From: Eutreptiella sp. 'Long Island Sound 2002'
Lineage: Eukaryota > Protista > Euglenida
DNA: 64,000 bases
Reading direction: 5' to 3'
Assembly: GCA_964036045.1 (NCBI GenBank)
Contig: OZ038379.1
Location: forward strand, 55,118,001 to 55,182,000
The notes under the pieces were generated by a model. It made no database searches and was not told where the DNA came from. It was given only the letters and a program-made list of their open reading frames with translations. The position numbers were made by a program, and so were the translations under genes. Shown here in pieces: positions 1 through 13,269 of the stretch (positions are counted from its first letter, which is position 1; each line of letters starts with the position of its first letter).

Positions 1-499
1 TTTTGAATTATGCTTCCACTCAGATCCTAGCCCCTCAATGTCTTGAATGGATCTCCTTTTTTTTTTCAGTTAGAGATTTTTACCTTTAATGGGTGAAGAG
101 GCACTGGAAGACATAGTGAGGCCCTAGTGCCACCATAGTGTGTCTTTCCTTAAACCTTAGATGATTTTTGGATTTAAGGGTCCAAGGGTCCAATTCCAAG
201 GAGTTGGTGAAGGTTCCCCAGAGGGAAGTGGACGGTTGAAAGGGGGCTGAACTATTGGTGTCATTTGCGAGTGCCCTAGACCTTGTGCATTCTGTATTCT
301 TGTTGGAGGAGTGTGTGATGTCGAGGAGTCATGCCGTCTTTGTTTTCGGGGGGGGGGGGTGACCATAGGCTAGTTTGCCTTTTTGCAAGTGCAACATGCC
401 ATAGCTCATGCTTGGGGGGCAACGGTGGCTGGGATAGTTCATCGTGGTGATTAGTGCCATGGTGTCAAGCGTAATTCGCTTATTTTTTTATTCCACGTA

Positions 500-935
500 A
501 GCCGTTTTTTTTTTGGGGTCCGGAAAAAAAACCTTGAAAATGTACGGCACACGACGTACACTTTTTGTGTGACGCGATCTACACCTAAGAAAAATAGCTA
601 CGGGACGTACCCTTTTGTAAAACAAGAAAAGCGAGTTGCACTTTTTTTGTTGTGCGATCTACGCTTTTTTTTTATACGCGGCCTATTGCCGAAGAAAATA
701 AGTGGGTTACCTTTTTTTATAAAACAAAAAAAGCAAGGTACACTTTTTTTGTTGTGTGACCTACGCTCTTTTTGATGTGCGGCCTATGTCAAAGAAAAAT
801 TAGCGATTTACGCTTTTTTTGTCGAAAAACAAAAAAGTAAGATAGGCTTTTTTTGTTACGAGTCGTGCGCCTTTTTTTTATACGCGACCTATTGACAACA
901 AAAACAAGCGAGTTACGTATTTTTTTGATGCGCCT
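500..935. repeat. Degenerate tandem array of CGCGACCTA-like cores separated by A/T tracts
   Basis: Recurrent tgtgcgatctacgc / tgtgtgacctacgc / tacgcgacctatt with T6-T9 and A5-A7 tracts; related blocks at about 2690-2810, 39440-39720 and 52760-52890. Confidence 0.6.
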
Positions 936-1584
936 TTTCTGATTTTCTTCCCCGAGAAGGCAGGGGCTAGGCACCCACTTCGGATTTTGTCCCCTTTTTC
1001 GGGGACCCACGAGAATGCAGGGGTTATGCGGGGACTCTTGTATTTCCGTGGCACGGAAAATTGCGCAAATCACGGAAATAGCCCGGAATTGAAAATCATG
1101 GAAATCATAGAAAATCACGGAAAATCACGCAGCTGGAAATGAGTGTTCCGATTGTTTTTTATTGTTGTTGCGAGCCGCTAAGTGTGGGAGTGTGTATTTC
1201 TTTGTGTCTTTTCAGTTGTGATATGTCTTCCTCTTATGAGAATTCCACTCCCGCTGCCAAGAAATGAAAGGTTTGGCAACGGGGGTCAAAGATGAGAGCA
1301 TGTCAGTCGCGCTGCCACTGCCCCTGCATCAAGCACAACGAGCACATCATCCGCAGCAGCAAAAACATAGGTCGATTTGAAGGCACTGTTGGATGGAATT
1401 GGTCAAAATCAAGCAGTTGGAGACGTGTCTTGCACGTGTCCAGCAGAGGCCAAGGCTATGCATAAGGAAAATTTTTGCCACGCAAATTCCACGGACAATC
1501 ACGGGAAATCACGGAAAGCTTTTGTCATCCAAATCATGGAAATACCACAAACCCTGTTGTGTAGTGTTTCCGCCCACTTGTGCG

Positions 1585-1986
1585 CCCCCGAGAAGGCAGT
1601 GGTGAGATAGCCACTTCTGATTTTGTCCCCTTGTTCAGGGACCCCCAAGAGTGCATGGGATACGTACCACGTCCTCCCACTTGTGGGCACACGAGAAGGC
1701 AGGACTGAGGCGGCCAGTTCTGATATTTCCCCCTCGTGTGGGGAGGCCCGAGAATGCAGGGGTGACGAAGCACTTCCGCCCACTTGTCGGCCCCCGAGAA
1801 GGCGGTGGTGAGGCAGCCACTTGTGATTTTGTCCACTTGTTTTGGGACCCCAGTGAATGCAGGGATTACGTAATACTTCCGCCCCCTTGTGGGCCCTTGA
1901 GAAGGCAGGGGTGAGGTAGCCACTTGTGATTTTGTCCCCTTGTTTGGGGACCCCCGAGAATCTAAGGGTTGCGTCGCACTTCCGCC
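1585..1986 (+). repeat. 103-bp minisatellite, about 4 copies, each made of two related halves
   Basis: AGAAGG anchor at 1591, 1694, 1797 and 1900 (period 103); halves GAGAAGGCAG.. and GAGAATGCAG..; further copies at about 945-1030 and 45880-46110. Confidence 0.85.
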
Positions 1987-2524
1987 TGTCTTTCCGGCCT
2001 CTAACTCCGAGGATGTGCCCCAGGATGGGAACTTAGTGCAGGGCAATGTAAACCCCCCTCCACAGACCCCGAAGTCCTCTTCCTTTACTAAACCCCCCCA
2101 CAAGTGATGATGCCCGTCCATACGGGTTCATCTGTGGACGCCGTGTGTAGGTCCCCGAGGCATACCCAAAGGGCGCAGAGGGTCGGTTGGTGAACAACCA
2201 CCGGTTTATTCGAGAATATCGAAGAGTTCGTTGCAAAGGATATCCCTGACGCTTCGCCGATCTGCGTGCAAAGCCGGAGGCCTCGGACACAACATTTGCT
2301 TTGATCTGCAAGCATGTTTTCGGCGACTAAAGAATGTAGTTGGCCCGAGGGGGCCGGACTCAGGTGTTCTCGCTGGCTTGAGCTTCGTCGCCGGTGGCGC
2401 CGGTAGCAATGTAGTTGGTTTGATACCGCTTGGCAAAGGCCGAAGGGTCAAATGGCATTTTTTGTTTGCGATCATGATGACTGTGCTCCATCCTACTTCT
2501 GCCATCTGCTGACAATGCGTATAA

Positions 2525-2625
2525 AAACCACCCTTTGCGCTACGGCTCCACTGCTTTACCCGTACGGGAGGTACCCAAAATGTTGTAGTCGCTATATGCT
2601 TCACCTCCTCCGGTAGCAAGGGTGG
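2525..2625 (+). repeat. Dispersed repeat of about 100 bp, second copy at about 52510-52612
   Basis: accaccctttgcgctacggctccactgctttaccc..gctatatgcttcacctcctccggtagc matches accaccctttacgccacggctccattgctttaccc..gctatatgcttcacctcttccggtagc. Confidence 0.75.
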
Positions 2626-3599
2626 TTGTTTGGGGATTCCTGTGTGTTTCCGCCTTTTGTTGGAAAACAGGGTGTTTGCCATGCGCGGCTTGCGCTAAAT
2701 AAAAAAATTGCGCGACTTACACCAAAAAGGAATTTCCGTCCAAAAGAAGCGCGGTTTACCTAATAAAAAAGTTACGCGACTTAAGCAAAAAAAAGCTAGT
2801 TACACTTATTTCCACAATCGCGCAACGCTTTCCTCAATGCAATGGCACTCGCTAGCCATCAGTTTAGTTGCCATGATAGCTAATGGGGCGCACGCCATTC
2901 TCCTCTAAGGCCGCTACATTGTTGCAGCAGTGCACTCTTGCCATGATTAGGCGTTGGAGTTCTTGGAGTCATATGTAGTGCCTGCACTGCATGCCCCCCT
3001 ACCCCCTTGTAGATGGGGTAGCACAGTGTGGATGGTAGCTTGAATTCATTTTGCATAGGATATGGGCACCACATTGTGCTCTAGGTTAGGCTGCTAACCA
3101 AACACTCATGCAAAGTTTCATTCATGGCATCAATGGTGGCGGCTGGAAAAAGTGGACGGCATTTAGGACAAGAGCCATCTTGCGAAAAACCCGTGTTTGG
3201 CGCCCCCTTGGTACGGTCCAACTACTATGGCTGCAACGGTTGCTACCAACTGATGCAACCAATTTGGCTGAGGAGTGCAACTCGCATGGAGTGTGGCATG
3301 TGAAAATGGCGGGGGAACACGCTATTGTCCGCCACGTAGGGGGACAGTGCCTGGGGCTTTAGCAACACGTTGCCAAAAAGCCCCATGTCACGGGGGATAA
3401 AGATATTATTCTTTGTGGACAATACTGGCGGCCATGTCATAGACGCTTACCTATACATGGGACATGGAGGCAAGGTGCGGCGGTCGGGGTTGTGTGCGGG
3501 GTACTTTAGTGCCAAGGGCCTCATTGGCCTTTGGATGTCACGCATTCCACCGTCCAACGTGTTTGTGGCCTACAACTCATTTAGAACATTCACAAGCGG

Positions 3600-4120
3600 T
3601 AGTCCTTGGTGTCGAAATTTGTCAAAAATGGCCAAAAAATGCCATTTTTAAGCCATTTTGGTTGCCTAGGATGTCATTGGAGGTGGGTATATGTGCTGGG
3701 ACCAACCTAGATGATGAAGAAACACCTTAGGCTTGGGGACCCCTTTTTGGGTCCAAAACACCGTAAAGTTAGCTGTGAAAAGGAGCCTTTTCGCATAGTG
3801 CTTGAAGTTTTGACCTTCCTTTGCTGTGTGAGTGCCATGCATTGCCTTGGGGATCTTTAGGGTGATAAATAATGATGGATGTGAACACTTGCAAGCCACT
3901 TCCGCACCGTAGGCAACCTTGAATGCGCCAAGCAGTAGCACACAGCACCCTTATGCTTAGAGTTAGTGAGATGGTGTCCACCATGTGGGTGGTGTAGCCC
4001 TCTTTGGTGCCAAGGGTGGAGCTACAAGGTTTGGTAAGCAAGCACCAAGCACCAAGCAGCAAGCAGCAAGGAGCAAGGAGCACTAGCAACAACAACAGGC
4101 ACACACAAAATGGGCAAAAC
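3600..4120 (+). repeat. Copy of a diverged interspersed repeat family (also about 26200-26943, 32286-32720, 33545-34620)
   Basis: Shared motifs gatgaatgggaa..tttgcaagc, tgcctaggatg and aaatgg(c/g)c(t/c)aaaat in all copies. Confidence 0.6.
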
Positions 4121-7100
4121 ATAGATTTAAGTCTTCATGCTCCAAACTAGACCATTATTTTCATGGATATCAGCTATTGGGTACCATCACACAAAGCTTG
4201 AGCAAGAAGCTCAATGGTGGTGGCCAGGAACAGCCGTAGCAAGTGGCATACCCATGTTTCACAATCCGCCACAAACGGTCACGAGGGCCATTTTTTGGGG
4301 ATTTTGGGTGTATGGGATTTGTGGCCGCAAGCGGGCAGATCTGGGGAGGTCACCCGCTCAGGTACCGTGCTGGGGGCTACAAAACAAAAATTTCCAGTAT
4401 CGGAACATTCACAGACCAAGCAAAGGGGGTTCATTGGAAACAATGAAGATCTTCAAGTGTGGTGAAAAATGACCCTTGGATTGTTTTGCCAACACCATGG
4501 CCCGCGCTAGGGTACTCCATTTTTTGTGCTTTCTTTCTGTTCTGTTGCAAGATGACCGGGATGTGTAGCCAAGACCGTGTGTACCCTTTGCGAACCGCAC
4601 TTTTGAATTAGCATGCGCACGTAGCTGACTTTTTGCCCGTCTTGCCCGTTATTCCGTACCCGTTTTCCCGTTTGCCATGCTTACTCCGCCAGAAATTAAA
4701 GAAAGATATCCACACCCAAAATGTAGATCGAGTGGTTGCTAATGCCGCTTAGATTTGCAAAAAAAAAAATTGTTAAATTCACGCGCACATTCGCATGTCT
4801 CGTACATGTGTCTCGTTAACATTCTCATGTAATTTCCTTTTCGCCTGAAAAACGCACGGAGATCGCACCATGATTGCGGGAAGATGCACAATGTTTCAAG
4901 TTCGGCACCTTTCCATGCTTTCGTCCCCCTGTGCAGCTCTGATTTCTCTTGCTATGGCCCTCTCGCAACATGGCAGCCTGCCGACCCAGCCACCGACAAC
5001 CATGCCCACTTCTTCGCCCTCCCCCGCCGCCGGCACACACTCGAGGAGGCCACATACACGGGGGGCCTGCTGGTGGGGGAGGTGGTGGAGTGGGCAAAAG
5101 TTTGGACCCCTCCTCCACCCTCAACCATCTTGCTATGAGGGAACCCTAGTGTGCGGGTGCTCTTCGCAAGAAGGGGTGGGCCAAAGACATGTGGCAAAAA
5201 CTGCAGCTAGCCCTCCACGTGTTGAGGGTTATCACCGCCCCCAAAGCGGTTGACTCCCTATTGGTGATCATGTCTATGCACGGGTCGGGCAAGTTGAAAT
5301 TGGTGGTTTGCAAGATCTACCCCACCATTAACCTCGTCTGTTGCCTTCCGCGCACGGATATGATTGCCTTGAACGAGTTCTTCCCTGCTCAGGATCCAAA
5401 GGGGGACCATTCCTCTTTCCCCTTTCGGTGGCCCACCACCACTGCTCAATAGTGGGATGACTTGGGGATTTTCCCTGCCCACCTTGAGGTGCCTCCCCTC
5501 TACCACGTCCCCAACATCACTCTTCCCACACTCCATCAGATGTGTGGATGGAGTTGGTATTGGGGATTTGCTGACCCACCCCCTCTTTTCATTACCCCCG
5601 AAAACCCCTTTGCGAACCGCCCCTTTGCCGGACCCCCCCGCCCATGCAACCCCTAATCCCCCCCCCTTTTCCACTACTGTCCCGCACCTCCTATGCCCAT
5701 GAACTTTATTGATGGGCTTGGGTATATGGTGAACGGAGACGCCCTCGGTTCCGCTTGCCGCAAGGTGGCTTGGGAACGGCTGGAGAAAGTGTGGGGCGGA
5801 GAGGGGGGGATAAAGCTCCACATTTTTTTGATGTTGTTTTTAACCAAAAAACTGTGGATCAACAAAGGGCGGTCCCTCCCTGCCCTAGCACTACCAGTCT
5901 AGAGCGTCTAAGACAGAGGCCTTGGAATGTAGCGTCTTCCAAAATCTCGTAACCGAGCTGAAGGACATGATTCGCCAACGGCGCCCCCACCTAACCCTGC
6001 ACCCCGCACCAACTAGTCCCGACCCAGGGCACACGCAAGCCGCACTAGAACCACCTACATTCACCTGCCATCCACGGTTCGGAGATGTCTGCACCCGTTG
6101 CAACGAGGGCTCTCGGGGTGCTGCTTGGTTCCTCACCTGGCAAGGGGCCATGAAATGGGCAAAGGACTCGCTGTCCTTTTGTGGTGCGGCTGTGGGCCAC
6201 CTTGCGCCCATGTCTACGAGGCTTACGGCAGTTTTTGTTGGGAGGGGGTGTCCTTGTCGACACTCTTCAACGTGGCCACCGACAGGAATGTGGCCAATGC
6301 CACCTCCTACAAACTCGTACTCAACTGCATAGTGCTAGAGCCACATCTAGTCCTCCAGAGCACGGGACTCCTCCAGCACCCTAACCTGGACTTGTGTGAC
6401 GGTATGTTCTAGGTTGACAACCGGCACAAACTACGATTGAAGGATTGTTTTGGTTATGCTTGCACTCACGCCAAGCATTGTCGGTTTGTGTGGTTTAGAA
6501 GGGTGGCGTGTGACCGTCCCATTTACTCGGTTCTTGCACGTAAAAGCGGGGTTTTGTCTCCGGATAGAAGATTGGTGTTCAAGTGAAAAAGGCATTTGCG
6601 CGCGCAAAAAAAGCACCTTTGGCGCGTGCAAAATCTCCCAAAAATAGAACCGGAGCTAGCTTTGCGAGACAACCACGAAGGTAGGGGTGGAGGCTAATGG
6701 TGCATGTCTCAATGGGAAAGCAAAGGCAAGGGGGTATTTTGAGCATGTGGAGTCTGAATTCTATGCTGTTTCTCCACAAAAATGATGTTTTTCACCTTTT
6801 CCTAATTTTTGTTGTATTTTTGCCTCCTTTTCTTTCTATTAGTGGAAGCTGTGTGGAGCTCACCTCCTCCAACAGCGCCTTGTGCATGCTTTTGGGTGGC
6901 AGGCCGGTAAAATCCCGAAAATGGAAGGTCCATCGCACAGAATACACAAGAAGGGCTGGCACATTCTTCAAAGCGTCACAAAGCGCCACAAAGTGGCTGG
7001 ACGCGGGAAACAACAGCAACATGGGTTGTGCCTGATGAGCGAGCACATTCATTGGTGGCACCAAAAGTTCGTACCACCAGCGGAACGTTGAGGTTCCCCA

Positions 7101-9099
7101 TGGGTAGTTCACAGCCATGTATGGCAGATGCAGAACGAACTTCTTGGGTTGCGGCAACACAATATACAAAACACTGCATGTGCACGGGGTGTGGCATGGG
7201 CATCTCCGGGCTAGTCGAACCGCAGCCTCTTACTTCCCTTCTCTCATACATAGTCGTCGGTCTTCGATGTGTATCCCGCTTGTCGCGGACTACGTTTCCC
7301 CTTGTGCTGCACTTTTCGCAGCCATGGTGCTGCTGGATGCGCCCGTGGCGATATAACAGTCGACTTGTTTTTCATCACACACCTCAATGGGCCATAACTA
7401 ACGTTTCATTGAGGAGCCGTCCCTCTACTTGTTAGCTGGCAACGGTTTGGTCATTATCTTTAGTTGCATCAAAAGCTCTTTTGCTTTGTTGGTCAAAACG
7501 CCTTGTAGATGCACAAACCCTCTCCGTTTACAATCTCCTGGAACGGCAACCTGGTCCTCATCAGCTGCGGGTTTTGGGGGGGGGTGTCCATTGGGCATAT
7601 CCGGTGGCATACCAAGAGTTGCCACCTCCACCCATCACGTGACCCGAGGGGTTTGAAGCCTGGGCTGCCGGTTGATATTTGAAGCGATCCCGGAGGACCT
7701 AGTTGACCGAGTGTGCAGAATGGAGACACGACCGTGCAGCTGCAGGCCGGCCGCGCAAGGGGTGGCTAGTCCCAAACAACCGCCGAGGGGTCGGATGCGT
7801 GGATGGTTGCCAACGTGTGGCTCGACCCAACGGCCGTATTGGAGGATGCCCTGCCTGAACGGCGGTGCAACTGAAGCCCAAATTGATTAACCGGTTGCCT
7901 GGAAGCGCTTGCAAGGGTTTTTAGTGGCCACACCGGGCGGGACTGGGTATCGTATAGGAAGCAAGTTGTGAACGGCCACGTCATTTTCAATCAACTCGGG
8001 CCGCCACTCTAGGAGCTTGCATGTGGCCCTACAAACACAAGAGGGGCTACCACGTGTTGTACAAATGGAACGTAGTAGTGCAACCGTCACAAAGCATCTT
8101 GGTGGTAAATGGTATAACCATGCCCCCTCGGGCTAGTGAAACTTGGAAGGTTGTCTTCAGCGCCTACCTTCCCCCTGCGTGTCAGCCGCCGGGGGGATCC
8201 CATGCCGTACATCAGTGATGTTTTAATGCTGCAGACCAATATTGCGGCCAACGTCTACCATGACCCATGGTGATCACCGTGAGGCGGAACACATGGCCAC
8301 CACCGTAGACGAAGCCACAGAGAAGTGTCACATGCCCCAGTGCGCTGGTGGTGGCTACCTTCGCCGGCTACTGAACACCTTGTGCGGATCCGTGAGGCGA
8401 TAGGGGCCTTGGTTTTTGGTATGGGCTTATGGGTGCGCACTTGATTAAAATGAAGGGCCAGGCACACATGTCGTGGTGGAGATGGGCCACATAGTGCACG
8501 TGATCGGCGACCTCGGCGCGCCACCGTATGGGTACATCCGCAACGGGTGGCATTGTTGTGCAGTTGCTCTCAAATTTCTTTGCAAAGAATTGATCGTGCT
8601 CGGGTGTTGTGCGACCTCACACACTGGCTTGACGCGGGCGCATTGGGAGCACAGTGGCATTTCATCGTCACTCATTCAACACTGTTGATGGATACATTGC
8701 TTCTGCTATTTCTGAAATGGATTTGGCCAACTGCAAAAAGTTGGTGGTGTGGCGCTGGCCGACATTTCAGAACTCCTACCAGGAACATGTATATTTGGTA
8801 GTGTGGTGCAGCATGCCATGCTTGAGGAGGAGGTCAAGTGGTTGTGGTGAACACCGGGAGAAGAATGCATGTAGCGAAAATACTTCCAAGGTGCACGCGA
8901 CGCATGCAACTGCCGAGGCGCGGTCGGTGCCGTCTGCGCGGAATGCCTCGTCCACCGCCAAGCAAGCGGACCACTCGTAGGCGCCCACGCAAATTGGTTG
9001 CGGCGGCGGTGTCGGGAAAGTAGGCATCAGCAGGCACCACCGCACGGCATACGCAAAGATCATGCGGCTGTAGGCGGAGAACGAGCTCTTGAAGGTCCA

Positions 9100-10990
9100 G
9101 CTAGTCTTGCTAGAGGGCCAAGTGAAGGTGAAGGACGTCCAAGGTGGTTATTTGAAAAAGAAGTGTGCTCGGATGGATGCACAATCGAAGGAGCGCGAGG
9201 AACTAGTAACCTCAAAAAGAAATGAGGTTCCATTGTAGAGCGGAATTTGCGGCAGCACGAGGAGCAATTCCGGGGGGAGTGCCATTCGTGGCCAGCGGGG
9301 CAACAAGCGGTGGCCGCGGTTGGAGGATTCAGGCATGCGCTTTAGCCTACGGTGGCTGCCTTCCATGGCAAAGCATGAAAATTTGCAGACGATTCTCCAC
9401 TTGCGGGCAAAGAAATACAAGTAGTTAATCCACAAATGTGACCACAGCACCTTTGGCCACTGCAACACTCAGTGGGCCTTGCCCATTCTTATACTACATT
9501 CCGGTAGCCTTCCTACCTTCCCCCCGGACAAGCAATCCGTTTGTTGTGCATGCAGGCCAAACTGGGCAAAATTGTCCCGCCACTCCCTACAAAGATCATC
9601 GCATAGTCTGCCTCCCACCCGTGTGTTGTTCATTCCCCCCTCCTCAATGCATATCGTAATGAGTGCCTCTCACCGCCGAGTGCGCATGAATTGCACAGCC
9701 GCTGCACACTCCAACCTAACGTTTCCCTTCCCGTTTGCTTTGTAAGTGTTCAACCTCCCCTCTGTTACCGTCTTCACTTGAATGCGGGGAACATCTAGAA
9801 TGGGCTGCGACAACTTGCGCACGACCACAGCCGCAGACCTGCCCGTTCCTACTACCACTGCGTCTCGCATGCCCGAAATGCCACATATTGTGATAAGCAG
9901 CACCCCGTGGAACCCATAGTTCGGATTATGGCCGTCTGCTGCAATGTGTCGATATATCGCTCCATCTGGGAGCACCACATCCCACTAGCCGTGGATGGTG
10001 TCTTCCAAGCCAAAGTTGGCAACACATTGTCCCCTATTGCATCCGCACACCCAACACACCGAGGCTTGGGATGCCGCGGCTTTCCAATTCTTGCAATTGG
10101 CCATTAAATTTTGTGCCTTGCCATCGGCACACAAAATAAAAAGGTTTTCGCGGTAGGAACCGCCGATATCCTGGAATACAGCCTTACTTGTGTTCCACAA
10201 TTATTCATTGAAGTCCACTTCCATGGGGGCCGCGCACAACGTGGCCCACTCCTCAATACGGCCTAGTAGCCACTAGCTAACAAGTTGGGAGGGGCTGCTG
10301 GTATGCCCAAGTGTGCAATGGAGGTACGCCGCCTCATGGCGTGATGCACCATCCACCGCAATCAGCATCCAATGTAGTCTTGGATCGCCGCGTTGTTGGG
10401 CGTGGCCAACTTCGGCCGGTCAACAACTAAAAAGGTGTTGCAACCGCTTTGGTAACGGGCAAACGGCCCCATAGAGCTCGACACCCTCACCCGTCGCGGC
10501 AATGAAGCCCCCCGAAGCAGGCTGTGCGAGCTGCTGCATTGCGGCCCACACGTCTTCTCATGGTACACCTTCAACCAGATGAGGAGCGAGATACTACGCC
10601 TCGGTCCTCGATAGAAGGACTGACCGGATGCGCCACACTGCCGCGAGGGTATTCTCCCACAAGGATGGTGCCGTAGGGTTTGCACCACGCCCCCCCCCCC
10701 TCCCGGCTACACGCTTCAACATGATCTGGCGTGTGTCCGGCAGGTGTTGCGCCGTGTAGGGTGCATCTAGCTCCCCGGAGACGACGTCTGCTAACGACTG
10801 GAGTCGGCGTGCCTTGTGTTGTCTAGATTTCATATGGGAGGGGAGGGGGTCCTTCGCTTGGCTCCAGTGCCATGGGGCATTAGAACAATATAACGTTGGC
10901 AAGAAACAGGTGGTAGAAGATTGCAAGTCGCGTCATAGTGTGAAGGGTGCAGCCTGTGGTAGTTTGCAGCCGACTCCAAGTGCGACTCAC
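9100..10990 (-). pseudogene. DDE transposase remnant C, Transib/RAG1-like (CMC supergroup)
   Basis: Largely one frame with stops: WMLIAVDG (D about 10352), LFILCADGK (D about 10124), CWVCGC, NYGFHG, WSHLWINYLYF (HxxxxH-like, second His appears as Y), KFSCFAMEGSHRRLKRM (E about 9362). Confidence 0.7.
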
Positions 10991-11299
10991 AACGATCCGG
11001 AAATGCACAACAAAATGCACTGAAAAGTGCGCCAAAATCGCGTGAAAATCGTGATTGTCTGAAACGTTGAGTTCGAGGTCGTGGTGCATGACTCGTGCGA
11101 ATTTCGCGACATAATTCACAAATGTAATGTACAAAGGTGGCAATCTTCGGGACACTATTCCAAATGGAACGCAAAACGGTTACAAGGGCGCTAGGCGGAA
11201 GTTGGCTTCCACTGCTGCCGGCCCCCGATGCCGCCTTGGGCTTGGGAGTCAAAAAATCAGGGGTGCGGGTAGCCTGCACCATGGTCTGTGTGGGGTAAT

Positions 11300-12750
11300 T
11301 GGAGGCCACAGTGCCATGGGCTAACATTGTGTTCCCATAGTTGGGGAGGACATTTTCCAGAGTGCGCCCCCACGCGCCGCTTGTTACAATAGCAACAGTC
11401 GCACTTCGAACCCACCGCGGATAGCTGGCCCTTGGCGTCCTCGGCCTACTGCCGCCATTCTTGGGCAGCATCGAAGAAGTACGGCAAGGCCTCCCCCTTC
11501 CCCCCCTCGTTCCCCACACCGTGCTGTTACTGCTGCTGCTGCACCGGCCCATTTGACTTGCGTGCCTCCAGCTCCTTCACCCGTGCGCGAACCTGGGCCC
11601 TCTCCGTCTCCGCTGCCTTCGCCGCGTCCCGGTCCCCTTGGGCATCGAGCTAGGCATCTTACAGCTTCCTCCTCAGCTAAAAAACCTCCCGCTCTGCCAA
11701 TACCGCCCGTTATTGCCACCGGGGCTGGGCTTGCTACTGCTGAAGCCAATCAGCCACTTGGGCAGTGGGGGGGACAGCGGGGACTCTGGGCAGAGGCTGG
11801 CCCGTCATGTGGGCCTTGCGGGGCTGCCCCACCCTGTTTCCCCTCGCATCCGCGCTGCTGCGCGAGTGGGCGTGGTCATCCCCCCCCGTCGTAGTGCGCA
11901 CGGAGAGCACAATCGCGCCAAAATCGCGCGATTTTCGGGTTCAGCGGCAAGGAACTTGTTTGCATACCTCACATTCGCATGGACATCGAGCAGTGCATCA
12001 CCTTTCTTTGCCTACTTGGGGTTCGTGAACGACGGCGCGTCGTTCGGTAGCTGCCAGGCTCTCGTGGGCCGTTCAAGGGACAGGGTGCCACCGATCGCCC
12101 ATTGCACCAGGGCATTGCCGTCCGTCCGCCCGTCATTCGCGACTTGAAGCTGGTACGGCCCTCGCCACAGGACAACCTCCCCGCTATGGACCGGTGGGGC
12201 TTGGAGACTCGCCGCGGAGCGGGTGACGAAGGTGGGGTGGTGGGTGCACACGGGAGGGCTTGCTAGTGCCGGGGGGTCGGGGGGGTTGAAAACATCATCC
12301 CGAAGGTCCTCCACGGCCAGCCCCAAATGGGCCTCCAACCCCCTCCCACAAAAAGGAGTTGGCAATATGTGGGGACCGCCTGCTGCTCAAGCGCTCCCAA
12401 AATTTTCGTGAGGAGTGGGTTAGTGGGGGGGTCGAGATGGGTGGTGTATGGCAGCACGTTGGCATGCATTTTGTTGGGGGTCCACTTCGTGAACAAGGCC
12501 CCTTGCATGTCTTGGCCGGGGGGGGGGCGCTATGGCGGCAGGCGGTGCTCACCATGACGTGCACCTCCCCTTGGTTAAGGAGGACCTCGTGCCACCCCCA
12601 CTTGGGCATCCCCCAAGGCCGTTCCCGCCTGAATGCCCAGGCGGTACTGGGGGGTGAGGGCCACAAAAGTGCGGAGGTGGCAGTTCGCCGTTGACCGGTT
12701 GGTGGGGGTTGTTCTGTGGTAGGGGGATCGGTGTCCGTGTGGGCTAGCTG
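11300..12750 (-). pseudogene. Degenerate accessory ORF with a coiled-coil segment, upstream of transposase C
   Basis: Fragments VVLWRGPYQLQVANDGRTDGNALVQWAIGG and DAQGDRDAAKAAETERAQVRARVKELEARK; same strand as the transposase, as in elements A and B. Confidence 0.4.
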
Positions 12751-13269
12751 ATCGCCGGACTCCAGCCGGACACAATGACGGAACCGGGGGGCATGGGGTG
12801 TACGGATGCAAAGGGGCTGTGTACGTCATGTTGTGTGGCGCGTGGCGCTCCCGGGCTGTCATGGGCTGGGGTTGCACTGCCGGCCTGGACGTCCTTGTGC
12901 TAACGCTGCTGGGGTGGCGAGGGGATGGTGCGTGGCCGGGGGGTGACAACGTGGTGCGTTGGGCTTGGAGCGGCGTGAAATCGGCGTGTGTCCCCCATTT
13001 TCCCCTGTTGGAGGGCCTCCCGCAGTCACTGAAGAACGGGTGGGTGGTTTTGGTGTGCAGAGAGTTTGCGCGGGTGTAGCCCTTTGGGGCGCAGCATGTC
13101 GGCGGGCACGGTTTCCGATGCGTCTTGTGGCATCCATCCCATCGACGGCCATAGCTCGCTGTTCTCTGGTGTGTCCCTGTCTGATTGGCTCACCAGACCT
13201 TTGTGCAGGGGCATCTGCTGGAGGTGGGCGGTGCGTGGCTGGTATGGGCGCGGGGGTACGGGTTGTCCT

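Noticed and set aside
1585-1986. CRISPR-like array or repeat-protein gene
   Set aside because: Units are homologous along their full length and 103 is not a multiple of 3.
4582-13258. TA-CCCTTTGCG at 4584 and GGGGG-TA at 13256 as ends of element C
   Set aside because: The two sequences are not reverse complements beyond three bases.
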